From: Gemmatimonadota bacterium
GTDB lineage: Bacteria; Latescibacterota; UBA2968; UBA8231
NCBI GenBank assembly: GCA_038153405.1
Contig: JAYOYH010000025.1
Coordinates: 1-36,405 of the forward strand
Direction: 5' to 3'
DNA: 36,405 bases
Shown here one piece after another: positions 8,342-17,585 of the stretch (position 1 is the stretch's first letter; every line of letters starts with the position of its first letter). The notes below the pieces were generated by a model, which worked only from the letters and a program-made list of their open reading frames with translations, made no database searches and was not told where the DNA came from. The translations under genes were made by a program, and so were the position numbers.

Positions 8342-9246
8342 TGGACCACCTCCTCGCGTTCGAGCATGCGCTCGGCCCAGGTGCGCCGTTTGCGGCGGTG
8401 CAATTCGACGTGTTCGCGATGCGTGCCCGGATCGCGATCTTCGCCCGTCTCGCGGTCGAGAAAGAGGGGGAACTCACTGGCCGGCGGTTTGGCGTTGCTA
8501 TAGGCGTGGGGGTAGGATCGCATAATGATGCGCTGCTCGCGATTGAGCGTTGCCAGCCACGCTTCGTCGGATAGCACGCGGTCGGCTGATGTCAACCAGG
8601 CCGGGCAGTAGGCGAAGAAGATATTTTTGCGCACGACGTCGGAATCGTTGGGCTCGACCCGATGCCAAATGCCCGAGTGCATAATGGTCATGGTGCCGGC
8701 CCGCACGCGCACGATGTGCTCGCCGGGCAGACTCTCGTGCGTATCGTAGGCATCGTTGTACTGCTGGCGATGCGAACCCGGCAGCACGACGAGATTGCCC
8801 ATCTTTTCTTCGGGTAGATCCGTTAGCCAATAGCCGATTTTTATCTGCAGTGGAAGCTTGTCGCAGAACACGCCGTAGGGCACGGCGCGCGCGCCGTCGG
8901 GGTGCCAGATATTGTAGCGCTGACCGCCGGGTGGGCGAATGAAAAACTGGCTCTGGTGTAGCTTGAGCAATTCGCCAAAGAGGTCGTAGGCGTAGCCGAC
9001 GTGGCGCTCGTGGTCGATCATCCGAGCAAAGGCCGGATCGCGCTCGACGATATTCTCTCGGCCAAAGGTCTCGCCCTCGACGTATTGGGGGCTGTCGGCG
9101 CAGACGCGCTCGATGGCTTCGGCGTATTCACGCACGGCATCGGGCGCGATGGCATCTTCGACAAAGAGGATGCCGTCGCGGTTAAAGACGTCCCACTGCG
9201 CCTCGGTAAAGCCGGGCGGGGCGATGCGATAGGTTGCTGCATCCAT
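8338..9246 (-). CDS. PhyH-family Fe(II)/2OG dioxygenase (canonical HxD)
   Basis: WHPDG, PGSH, IWH...RKNIFFAY. GAGG RBS before ATG 9246. Confidence 0.9.
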   Translation of the reverse strand: MDAATYRIAPPGFTEAQWDVFNRDGILFVEDAIAPDAVREYAEAIERVCADSPQYVEGETFGRENIVERDPAFARMIDHERHVGYAYDLFGELLKLHQSQFFIRPPGGQRYNIWHPDGARAVPYGVFCDKLPLQIKIGYWLTDLPEEKMGNLVVLPGSHRQQYNDAYDTHESLPGEHIVRVRAGTMTIMHSGIWHRVEPNDSDVVRKNIFFAYCPAWLTSADRVLSDEAWLATLNREQRIIMRSYPHAYSNAKPPASEFPLFLDRETGEDRDPGTHREHVELHRRKRRTWAERMLEREEVVQ

Positions 9247-9260
9247 CTTCAGTCCTCGGT

Positions 9261-10550
9261 TTATGCTAGCGATATAGTTTGTCCGGTGCGCATGGAACGA
9301 TCGGCGCAAAAGCCGATGCGGTGGCCGCTGATAGAATCTTCAATCGACGTCGACGAAATAGAGGGTGGCGCGCCGTTGAGCAAGGCCAGAAAATCGGCGA
9401 CCAGGCGCATATCGCCGCCGCCGTGGCCGCCTTGGGCGCCCGTCATATCGCCGTGGATGTTGACGTCGATGATCTCTTCGCCGTACTCGCTGCCGGGGCG
9501 CGGGTCGATGTGGCGCAGGGCAAAGGTGCTGTCCTCTAAATTGCCCTGAATCTCTCCGTGCGTGCCGACCAGGTGGATCGAGCGCGAGGGCTTGGCGCTG
9601 CCGCCGATCATATTGAGCGTGGCCGTGCAGCCGTCGGCAAATTCGATGACCACCGATTGGTGATCTACTACATCCATGTCCGTTTTCCACACGCACTGGC
9701 CGTAGGGGCTAGTGCGCAGCGATGCGAGCTTGTCCTCAATCGTCGGCTCTTCAATGTGCTCCAAGCTGTCCCAGACGTAAAACGCCCAGCGCTCGGGGTG
9801 GTCTATGTAGTGCTTGCGCGCCGAGTATAGGCACTCGGCTTCGATAGGGCAGTCGACCAGGCAGCGCGTGCCGGCATCTGCGGGTGCCCGTTCCGGGCGA
9901 AACTGAAAGTTGCTGCCGGCGCTGCATACGCGCACCGGCGCTACGCCGCTTTTCATCCAGGTAATCAGATCGAGATCGTGGCATGACTTGGCCATCAGCA
10001 TCGGCGAGTGGCAGTAGTCGGTGCGGCTCCACTTGCCGCGAATAAAGCCGACGGCCATGTGATGGTAGGAGACGTGTTCGACGGCCTGCACGCTGATAAT
10101 CTCACCGATGGCGCCCTCAATGACTTTTTGGCGGATGGCCGCGTAAAAGGGCGCGTAGCGCAGGACGTGACAAACGGAGACGATGGACTGCTGCTGCCGC
10201 GCCACGCCTACCAACCGTGCCATTTCCTCTTCGCTGGTGGCAAAGGGCTTTTCCAACAGCATGTGATAGCCGCACTCTAGCAGCGGCACAGCAGTGGGCA
10301 CGTGTTGGTGATCCATGGTGCCGTTGATAATAAAGTCTGCGCACTGGGGCAGGGCGGCCAGCACATCGGCCGATTCATGGCACTGTTCGGGCCGCAGGCC
10401 GAACTGCGCGGCCGCCTGCTGTCGGCGCAGCGGCGCTGGGTCGGCTACGCCGACGATCTGCAGCTGGTCGGGGTGGGACAGCGCGTAGCGGGCATAGGTC
10501 AGGGCGCGATGGCCGGCACCGACGATGATCGCTTGTAGCGGTTTGCTCAT
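9261..10550 (-). CDS. Gfo/Idh/MocA family oxidoreductase with Cys-containing insert
   Basis: IIVGAGHRA, LLEKP, VCHVLRY, AKSCHDLD, RCLVDC...C, GGHGGGD. Start taken at MSKPLQ. Confidence 0.93.
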   Translation of the reverse strand: MSKPLQAIIVGAGHRALTYARYALSHPDQLQIVGVADPAPLRRQQAAAQFGLRPEQCHESADVLAALPQCADFIINGTMDHQHVPTAVPLLECGYHMLLEKPFATSEEEMARLVGVARQQQSIVSVCHVLRYAPFYAAIRQKVIEGAIGEIISVQAVEHVSYHHMAVGFIRGKWSRTDYCHSPMLMAKSCHDLDLITWMKSGVAPVRVCSAGSNFQFRPERAPADAGTRCLVDCPIEAECLYSARKHYIDHPERWAFYVWDSLEHIEEPTIEDKLASLRTSPYGQCVWKTDMDVVDHQSVVIEFADGCTATLNMIGGSAKPSRSIHLVGTHGEIQGNLEDSTFALRHIDPRPGSEYGEEIIDVNIHGDMTGAQGGHGGGDMRLVADFLALLNGAPPSISSTSIEDSISGHRIGFCADRSMRTGQTISLA

Positions 10551-10562
10551 GCGGCGTATCTT

Positions 10563-10584
10563 CCCATGCCCTCGAGGGCATGGG
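10563..10584. repeat. Perfect 22-bp palindrome (operator or hairpin)
   Basis: CCCATGCCCTCGAGGGCATGGG equals its own reverse complement; lies in a divergent intergenic region. Confidence 0.85.
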
Positions 10585-10693
10585 GAACTCGGGTTGGCGG
10601 AATGCAATCGTTTGGCGCCGGTCTCAATGGACGACCCGATCACGGCGGCGATGGCTGCAAACATAGGACATCTGTCGGGCATAGACCAGTCGC

Positions 10694-10722
10694 TTGAGAG
10701 GCGACGGGGGGTTGGCTATACT
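10694..10722 (+). promoter_or_regulatory. Sigma70-type promoter
   Basis: TTGAGA-N17-TATACT, followed by an AGGAG RBS and ATG 10751. Confidence 0.6.
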
Positions 10723-10750
10723 ATGCGCAACGCCAGCCTAGGAGTGCGCT

Positions 10751-11509
10751 ATGCTCGACTTAAAGGTACAGTACTTTCAGGATAGTCCTCCACCCGGGTT
10801 GCCCTATCGCGAGGAGCACTTTATTCGTCGCCAGGTGCAGATGGAGCTGCCCGTAGAGCAGACGGCGCTCGTGCTGGTCGATCTGTGGAACAGCCACTTT
10901 ATTGAAAGTTGGCTAGAGCGCGCCGAGCGGATGACGCGTGAGGCCGTTGTGCCGGTATTGGCGGCGGCGCGCCGCATAGGGCTTACCGTCGTGCACACGC
11001 CAAGTCCACCGGTGGCCGAGCAGTTTGAGCAGCTCAAGCGGCACGTGCCACCGCCGCCAGTGCCCGAGCCGGACTGGCCGCCCGCCGCGTTTCGCAGCCG
11101 GCAGGGTGCGTACGCCGCGTTTCGCGGACCGCGTGCACAGCCGCCGGGCATTCCCTCGATCGATGCGCTGGGCATGTCGCCGCACATTGACGTGCGGGAT
11201 GAAGAGTTCGTGGTAGCGACCGGCGAGCAGCTGCACGTATTGCTCAAGGAGCGCGGCGTGCTGCATCTGGTATACGCCGGCTTTGCCACCAACTGGTGCA
11301 TTCTCAATCGCGACTACGGCATGCGCGCCATGGCGCGGCGAGGCTACAATATGATCTTGCTGCGCGAGGCGACGATGGGCGTGGAATTTCCCGATACGCT
11401 GGCAGCGAAAATGGCCACGGAAATGGCGGTCAGAGAAGTGGAGCAGCAGCTGGGCTTTTCGGCGGCCAACGGCGACTTTCTCGCCGCCTGCGCCGGCCAC
11501 ATTGCATAA
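10751..11509 (+). CDS. Isochorismatase/cysteine hydrolase family protein
   Basis: TALVLVDLW (Asp), AGFATNWCI (Cys), RRGYNMILLRE. Confidence 0.85.
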   Translation: MLDLKVQYFQDSPPPGLPYREEHFIRRQVQMELPVEQTALVLVDLWNSHFIESWLERAERMTREAVVPVLAAARRIGLTVVHTPSPPVAEQFEQLKRHVPPPPVPEPDWPPAAFRSRQGAYAAFRGPRAQPPGIPSIDALGMSPHIDVRDEEFVVATGEQLHVLLKERGVLHLVYAGFATNWCILNRDYGMRAMARRGYNMILLREATMGVEFPDTLAAKMATEMAVREVEQQLGFSAANGDFLAACAGHIA

Positions 11510-11593
11510 GCGCATAGGGGTGCGTTTTCGACGCAGTACACGCTGGGTGAAAACAGACGGAGTGCGCGGCACTCGCGACAAAGGAGAGCACGG

Positions 11594-12415
11594 GTGAGAC
11601 TGATTGTTTTTTCGAAGATGCTGAAAGAGCTGGACATTGCAGCGCTGATTGACTTCGCCCAAGAGCTGGGCATCGAAGGGTACGATATGGCGGTGCGACC
11701 AGGCTATCCGGTCAATCCCGACAACGTCGAAGACGCCTTGCCTGAGGCGGTGGCGCAGTTCCGCACCAAGGGGTTGGACATACCCATGGTGACGGCGCAC
11801 GGCAACCTGCTGCAGCCCGACGCCGAAGGGGAGAGCCTGCTGGCGGCGATGAATGCGGCCGACGTGCGCCGATTGAAGCTGGGCTACTTCAAGTTTGTCC
11901 CGGGCGAAATGGACTATTGGGAGGAAGTCGGCAAGGCGCGCGCGGCGCTGGAAGGCTGGTCAGTGCTGGCGCAAAAATACAATGTGCGCGTTTGCTATCA
12001 CACGCATTCGCAGCGCTGCTTAGGGCTCAATGCGGGCACGCTATCCCATATGATTCGCGGCTTTGATCCCCAACACATTGGCGCGTTTCTGGATGCGGGT
12101 CACCTGCGCGCCGAAGGAGAGGAATTCGACGTGGCCGTGGCCATCGTGCGCGAGCACCTATCGATGGTGGCCGTGAAGGACTTTCTGCTAGAGCGCATCG
12201 ACAAGGAAAACCACGGCGCGGTGCGCCGCCGGGTAGTCGAGGCCGGTCAGGGCATGTGCGATTGGACGGCGGTATTTAGTGAGCTAAAGCGCATCGGCTT
12301 TGATGGCCCGGTGTCGATTCATTGCGAATTTGAGGTGGAACAGAGCGATATGATGGACGCCATTCGCCGCGAAGTCTCCTTTTTCAGAGCGCTAAAAGAA
12401 AAAGCAGGAGCGTAG
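11594..12415 (+). CDS. Sugar-phosphate isomerase/epimerase (xylose isomerase-like TIM barrel)
   Basis: VRPGYPV, YHTH, DAGH, AVKD, GFDGPVSIHCE. AAGGAG RBS before a GTG start. Confidence 0.9.
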   Translation: MRLIVFSKMLKELDIAALIDFAQELGIEGYDMAVRPGYPVNPDNVEDALPEAVAQFRTKGLDIPMVTAHGNLLQPDAEGESLLAAMNAADVRRLKLGYFKFVPGEMDYWEEVGKARAALEGWSVLAQKYNVRVCYHTHSQRCLGLNAGTLSHMIRGFDPQHIGAFLDAGHLRAEGEEFDVAVAIVREHLSMVAVKDFLLERIDKENHGAVRRRVVEAGQGMCDWTAVFSELKRIGFDGPVSIHCEFEVEQSDMMDAIRREVSFFRALKEKAGA

Positions 12416-12418
12416 ACC

Positions 12419-13492
12419 ATGGCGGAAAAAACGTATCGCGTCGGCATTATTGGACTGGGTCGCATGGGCAGCACCATCGACGACGAGGGCCATTCGGAGC
12501 TGCCCTATTCCATTGCGGCATCGGCCGTCGACAGCCCGCGGTTAGACCTGGTAGCCGGTGCCGACATCGACGATGAAAAATGCGCCGCCTTTGCCGAGCG
12601 CTGGAGCGTCGATGCCGTCTACGGAGACTTTCGCCCGATGGTCGAAGGCGAGTCGCTCGATCTGGTGGCCATCTGCACGGCAGCTTGTTTGCCCAAGCCG
12701 CACAGCTGCTCGCCGGGGCCCGATCACCGCGACGATTCGCACGCCGACCTGACGGTTGCCCTGTGCGAAATGGGCGTGCCCATGCTCTACGTCGAAAAGG
12801 CCATGGCCTCGTCGATGGCGCGCGCCGACGAGGTGCTAGCCGCCGTGCAGCAGAGCGGTGCGGTCTTTAATACCGGCGTGCTGCGGCGCTTTGACAATCG
12901 CTACACCGTCGTGCGCGACGCCGTGCTGGCTGGCGCGGTAGGCGACGTAAAGGCGGTGGTGCACTACGCGCCGTCCAGTCTAATGCACGGCCACATACAC
13001 TCTATAGATACGGTGTCCTACTTGATCGGCGACCCGCCCATTGAAGCGGTGCGCGGCGAGCTGCTGCCGCGCGACGAGGACTTTAGCGGGCGCCATATAG
13101 CTTCTGATCCGCGCGCCACCTACCAGCTGCGCTTTGTCAACGGCGTCGAGGCGTGGACGGTCCCCGGCGGCTACTGGGAGTTTGAGGTGCTGGGCAGCGA
13201 GGGCAGCATTCGCTCGCTCAACAACGGCGCGGGCGCACTGCTGCGCAAGCCGAGCGGCAAGCGTGGGTGGCAGGAGGAGCCGTTTGGCGCGGTCGAGCCC
13301 AAGAGTCCGGTAGTCCAGTGCTTGGAGGATCTCGTGGTGGCCTACGAGAGCGGCCGGCCGAGCACGGGCAACGCAGAGGTGACGCACCACATCACGGAGG
13401 CGTGCATCGGCGTGGCCGAGAGCCATCTGCGCGGTGGGGCGTGGGTCGAGCTGCCGCTGACCGAGCGCGATCTCTACATCTTTCACGTGTAG
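12419..13492 (+). CDS. Gfo/Idh/MocA family oxidoreductase
   Basis: VGIIGLGRMG, YVEKAMA, LRRF, HGHIHSID; AGGAG RBS. Confidence 0.9.
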   Translation: MAEKTYRVGIIGLGRMGSTIDDEGHSELPYSIAASAVDSPRLDLVAGADIDDEKCAAFAERWSVDAVYGDFRPMVEGESLDLVAICTAACLPKPHSCSPGPDHRDDSHADLTVALCEMGVPMLYVEKAMASSMARADEVLAAVQQSGAVFNTGVLRRFDNRYTVVRDAVLAGAVGDVKAVVHYAPSSLMHGHIHSIDTVSYLIGDPPIEAVRGELLPRDEDFSGRHIASDPRATYQLRFVNGVEAWTVPGGYWEFEVLGSEGSIRSLNNGAGALLRKPSGKRGWQEEPFGAVEPKSPVVQCLEDLVVAYESGRPSTGNAEVTHHITEACIGVAESHLRGGAWVELPLTERDLYIFHV

Positions 13493-13513
13493 GCGCAGGT
13501 CGTTTGCGTGCAG

Positions 13514-13541
13514 GGGCCGCTCCTCGTGGAGCGGCCCTTTT
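13514..13541 (+). terminator. Intrinsic (rho-independent) terminator
   Basis: GGGCCGCTCC-TCGT-GGAGCGGCCC 10-bp stem followed by TTTT, between convergent genes. Confidence 0.85.
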
Positions 13542-13558
13542 GCGTGGTGGGTCGTCGT

Positions 13559-13969
13559 CTATCGAGGGGGCCCATTGGTTAGGGCCGATAGAACCTGCAG
13601 CGCTTCCTCGGCGCAATGCTCCGGCACAAAGAGATGGTCGTGGTAGAAGGCGGATACGGCGTTGACGCTGATATGGGCATCGGCCAGTGCCCCCGTTACG
13701 GCCGCTAAAAATCCGACGGCGTCGAGACTGGAGTGGACTGTCAGCGCGATCAGGCGCGATGGAAAGGCGCCGTCGAGGTCGGCGCGCTCGGCTTCGGCCT
13801 TGGGCAGCACGAGGGTCAGTCCTTCCCGCTCGCGAAAGAGCAGCGTCGGTTGGACGTCTACATCGCCCAACCGCTCTGGCTCTATGGTGCAAAATACGTA
13901 GACCTCGTCGAGCAGCTCGGGCTCCATTGAGCGCAGCAGGTGCTGGAGATCGGTCTGGCCGCCTTTCAC
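13559..13969 (-). CDS. ACT domain protein (DUF2241-like)
   Basis: GQTDLQHLLRSMEPEL, FREREGLTLV, LTVHSSLDAVGFLA, NAVSAFYHDHLFV. GTG start in a GTGA overlap. Confidence 0.88.
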   Translation of the reverse strand: MKGGQTDLQHLLRSMEPELLDEVYVFCTIEPERLGDVDVQPTLLFREREGLTLVLPKAEAERADLDGAFPSRLIALTVHSSLDAVGFLAAVTGALADAHISVNAVSAFYHDHLFVPEHCAEEALQVLSALTNGPPR

Positions 13970-14817
13970 GGCGTGGCGACGGGCTGCGCGTGCTCCTCGA
14001 TCCACGCTTTGAGCGGCACGTCGGCATCCGTCGGCGAGGTGTAGCCGCGCCCGCCCGAGTGCGTCACGCCGAGCAGCTGCTGGCGAATGGGATCGCAGCG
14101 CTCGAGATAGTGGGCGACCTGCATGTCGTCGCGCGGGCGCAGCCAGCGGTAGGAGTAACCGTAAAAGAGCACGCGGCGCGGTTCCGTCCAGTAGTTGGCG
14201 CTGGCCGAATGCCAGATGCGGCGATCAAAGAACACGGCTGTGCCGGGTGCGACGCGGACGGGTATACCGCCTTCGACGGGGCCTTTGCGGTCGGACCCGG
14301 GAAAATCGTCTTTGAGGTGGCTGCCGGGCAGCACGTAAAAATTGCCGCGGCCCGGCTCGCGTGTATCGGTGAGAAAGTAGGCAATTTTCAGCGATACGCG
14401 CGGCCGCGGCGAGAGCTCGAAGTCGTTGTTGAGGCGGCCGCTGTCCTGGTGCCAGCCCAGTCCCAGTCCGTCCTTGTCCAGCGTCTTGCCCTCGGCCTCG
14501 GGGGGCGAAATCGTCATGTGGGTGTGGTAGAGCTGAATGTGCCAGTTGAGCAGGTCCCACACTTTGGGAAAGGTTGAATGCCAGTCGAGCAGTTCTAAAA
14601 ACAGGTCGTCCTTGCCGATGAAGTCGTAGTGGTTAATGCGCGCATCGGCCTCCATGCCCATGCGCGCTCGCTCGCTCGCATCGACGCGGTCGACGGCGGG
14701 GATGAGCTCATCGACCAACTGCGGTGGGATGGCGTCTTCGACGATGAAGTAGCCATCGCGCTCAAAGCACTCCTTCTCGTCTTCGGTGAGCAGGTGTTCC
14801 AAGCAGCGCGCGTCCAT
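13966..14817 (-). CDS. PhyH-family Fe(II)/2OG dioxygenase (canonical HxD)
   Basis: FERDGYFIVEDAI, GWHQDSG, PGSH, IWHS...RRVLFYGY. GGAGGA RBS before ATG 14817. Confidence 0.92.
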   Translation of the reverse strand: MDARCLEHLLTEDEKECFERDGYFIVEDAIPPQLVDELIPAVDRVDASERARMGMEADARINHYDFIGKDDLFLELLDWHSTFPKVWDLLNWHIQLYHTHMTISPPEAEGKTLDKDGLGLGWHQDSGRLNNDFELSPRPRVSLKIAYFLTDTREPGRGNFYVLPGSHLKDDFPGSDRKGPVEGGIPVRVAPGTAVFFDRRIWHSASANYWTEPRRVLFYGYSYRWLRPRDDMQVAHYLERCDPIRQQLLGVTHSGGRGYTSPTDADVPLKAWIEEHAQPVATP

Positions 14818-14962
14818 ACGTCCTCCAATTGACAAAGGGTCCAAGGCATACAAGGCGGCATAAAAGTATTGCCATGGGCCCGCTCATAGCAAGCGATGAG
14901 CGGCATTTTATCCCGCGCGCATCATTTGACGCCGGTGCAATTGTTAAACTATTTAATTTGCT

Positions 14963-15865
14963 ATGAATAACAGAAACAAAATGCTGCGTTGCGCCCTGGC
15001 GCTCTGTTTGTTGGCCAGTGCACTACGGGCGCAAGAACGCCCTGCCGAGCGGTTGGGTCGCGCTTGGAGCGAGTACGGGCTGCAGGCCTTTGCCAACGCC
15101 GACGGGCTCTTTGCCGAAGTGGCCCAGTCCAGTCAGGCCAGCGAGGAAGAGCGCTGGCAGGCTCAGCTAGGGCGCGCATTGATAACCCACTACCAGATGC
15201 CGGGGCGCGATCCGGAGGCGGCTATTCCGCAGTATGAAGCGCTGCTGCAGCAAGTCGGCCAGCGCGGCCTGTGGCGCGGGCAGATCTTAGGTCGTCTGGC
15301 CGACTGCTACATGGAGATCGCGCCGGCCCAAGTAGACAAAGCGCGCGGCCTCTACGATCAATCGATTTCCGCCCTGCCCGCCGACTCGCCGTTGGTGCAG
15401 GAGACGATGCTGCGCCTGCTCAGTTCGTATCTACAGCGCCCCGATAGAGGGGAAATTGTGCGCGGCTTGCAGGTGGCTGACCAGATGGCCGCGCGCTTTG
15501 CCGGCACGTCCTTCGAATCGATCTTCCACGGCATGCGCGCGGAAATGGCCTTCTTCATAAGCAATTATCCGGCGCTGGCCGAGGCACTCGACGCGCAGTA
15601 TCGCGCTGGCATTAGCAACGTTCGGGTCAAAGAGGCCGTGCTCTTCCGCTTGGCGCGCATCAACGAGTTGGAGCTGGGCCAATACGCGCGTGCTGAAGCC
15701 TACTACCGCCTGCTGGCCAGCGAAGTGCCCTCGTCGCAGAAGGCGCACTTTGCCACCCTGCGCGCCGACGAACTCAAGCGCGGCAAGCTCGATTCGGACT
15801 ACGCGCCGCCGCTGTCGACGCCGGTCGAAGACCAACGGGCAAAGGAGAAGCCGGATGGCCGCTGA
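14963..15865 (+). CDS. Secreted tetratricopeptide-repeat-like protein
   Basis: Signal peptide (...CALALCLLASALRA-Q), helical repeats AIPQYEALL, ARGLYDQSI, AEAYYRLL. Start could be 14981. Confidence 0.75.
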   Translation: MNNRNKMLRCALALCLLASALRAQERPAERLGRAWSEYGLQAFANADGLFAEVAQSSQASEEERWQAQLGRALITHYQMPGRDPEAAIPQYEALLQQVGQRGLWRGQILGRLADCYMEIAPAQVDKARGLYDQSISALPADSPLVQETMLRLLSSYLQRPDRGEIVRGLQVADQMAARFAGTSFESIFHGMRAEMAFFISNYPALAEALDAQYRAGISNVRVKEAVLFRLARINELELGQYARAEAYYRLLASEVPSSQKAHFATLRADELKRGKLDSDYAPPLSTPVEDQRAKEKPDGR

Positions 15866-17585
15866 AACGCGCCCGCAAGGGGAAGGCAAGAGCATGGACT
15901 GGAGTCGCTTGAGCAACTACGTGGCCTTCGTGGTGCTGGTGGTCTCCTTTAGCGTATCGCTGTGGCGCGTCTACGCCGTGCAGCAGGTCGAGCAGTCTGA
16001 CGGCATGGCTACGATTCGCGTGGTGCACTGGCAGCTGGAGGCGGGTTTTCGCGAGGCCTTTGACGATATCGCGCGCCGCTTTGAAAAGGCGTACCTCGCG
16101 GAGACGGGGCACCCGGTGCGCGTAGTGCAAAACGCCATTTCCGAACGCGTCTACAAGCAGTATGTGCAGACGCAGGGAATTGGACACACGCTGCCCGACC
16201 TGGTGCAACTGGGGCGCGAAGAAGCCGGTTCCGTGCCGCGCTTCTTCATCAGCAATACGGAAGACGTGCAAAAGCCCAACCCCTACAACAGGGGAACCGA
16301 TCTGGAAGACGTGCCTTGGATGGATACCTATATGGATGGCATGGCCGGATCGGTCGATCAAACCGACCTCGAGTACTACGGCGCATCTTCGAGCACCTAT
16401 TCCATTCGCATGTTTTACAACCGCCAGTTGCTGCGCGAGGCCTTTGGTCTCGACGAGCCGCCAAACGACTATCGGGCCTTTCTCGACCTGTGTCGCCGCT
16501 TTGGCGAATGGGCCGAACGCGAGGGCCGCACCGACCTGACGCCGGTGGCCGCCTCGAGCTATCAGGCCAGCGTTTTTCGCACGATGCGCGCGGCTACGCT
16601 CTTTGATCTGATGTTGGAAAACGATCGCGACTTCGATGGCTCTTTCGGCGCCAACGACGAAGTGCTGCTGGCCTATGCCTCCGGCGACTTTGATTTCTAT
16701 GACGAGCGCATTCGCGCCGACCAAATGACGGTGGCCAACCTGACGGCGCACTTTTCACCCGGCTTTATGGCTATGGACCGCATGGAGGCGCAGTTCCGCT
16801 TTACGCAGGGCAAGGCGCTGTTTTGCGCCTCCGGCTCGTGGGACGCGATGAGCTTTAACAGCCAGGTCGACTTTCCCATGGGCATATGCGATTTTCCCTA
16901 CCCCGATCGGAGCGATCCCGAATTCGGCCAGCACGTGCGCGGGCGGGTGAGCGAGGCCGATGCGCCGGCGGTATTCCGCCTGGCCGTCTCGAAGTTTAGC
17001 GAGCACCCAGATATTGCCCTGCGCTTTCTGCAGTTCCTCACCTCGCGCGAAAACAACCAGCGCTTTAACCAACTGTCGCGCTGGCCGCCGGTCATTCGCG
17101 GCGCCGAGCCGCATCCGCTCATGCGCCCCTTTGTGCGCAAGCCGGAAGGCTTTTGGACCGGGGAGGTGCACCGCGTCGTCGGCAACGGTCCGGCAACGGC
17201 GGCCTTTAACCAGGCCAATTGGGAGCTGGTCGAGCACAAGATCGACTACGACGGCTTTGCGCAGATGATGGAACGCGAGATGCCACGGGCGCTGGCGCAG
17301 GAATTCGAGCGCCTGCTCAACAGCGAGTGGGAAGAGCGCTTGGCGCAGGAGATGTCGCTATCGCACCAGTTAGCCGGCTTTACCTTTGGTCCGACCTGGG
17401 GCGAAGGCGCGCCGCCGCCGGAGCGCGTGCAGAGCAAGATGATCTACCTGTGGGAGATGCGCATGCGCCGCTACCGCAATTCCTATCGCCTGCTGGAGTG
17501 GGACAAGCTGCTCGAGCGGGGCGCACCCAAGGCCCACGAGATTCAGCAGCACATTAAGATCGACCTTAGAGAGAAGCAGAGTTAG
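15855..17585 (+). CDS. Carbohydrate ABC transporter solute-binding protein, membrane-anchored, with C-terminal extension
   Basis: AAGGAG RBS before ATG 15855; one N-terminal TM; HWQLEAG, LPDLVQ, MFYNRQLL, FTQGKA...SGSW, ALRFLQFLTS. Confidence 0.88.
   Translation: MAAETRPQGEGKSMDWSRLSNYVAFVVLVVSFSVSLWRVYAVQQVEQSDGMATIRVVHWQLEAGFREAFDDIARRFEKAYLAETGHPVRVVQNAISERVYKQYVQTQGIGHTLPDLVQLGREEAGSVPRFFISNTEDVQKPNPYNRGTDLEDVPWMDTYMDGMAGSVDQTDLEYYGASSSTYSIRMFYNRQLLREAFGLDEPPNDYRAFLDLCRRFGEWAEREGRTDLTPVAASSYQASVFRTMRAATLFDLMLENDRDFDGSFGANDEVLLAYASGDFDFYDERIRADQMTVANLTAHFSPGFMAMDRMEAQFRFTQGKALFCASGSWDAMSFNSQVDFPMGICDFPYPDRSDPEFGQHVRGRVSEADAPAVFRLAVSKFSEHPDIALRFLQFLTSRENNQRFNQLSRWPPVIRGAEPHPLMRPFVRKPEGFWTGEVHRVVGNGPATAAFNQANWELVEHKIDYDGFAQMMEREMPRALAQEFERLLNSEWEERLAQEMSLSHQLAGFTFGPTWGEGAPPPERVQSKMIYLWEMRMRRYRNSYRLLEWDKLLERGAPKAHEIQQHIKIDLREKQS

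Noticed and set aside
10913..11800. 295-aa minus-strand ORF
   Set aside because: Antisense to two well-supported genes.
13687..14577. 296-aa plus-strand ORF
   Set aside because: Antisense to the phyH and ACT genes; Arg/Ala-rich with no family pattern.
15774..16751. 325-aa minus-strand ORF
   Set aside because: Antisense shadow of the solute-binding protein gene.
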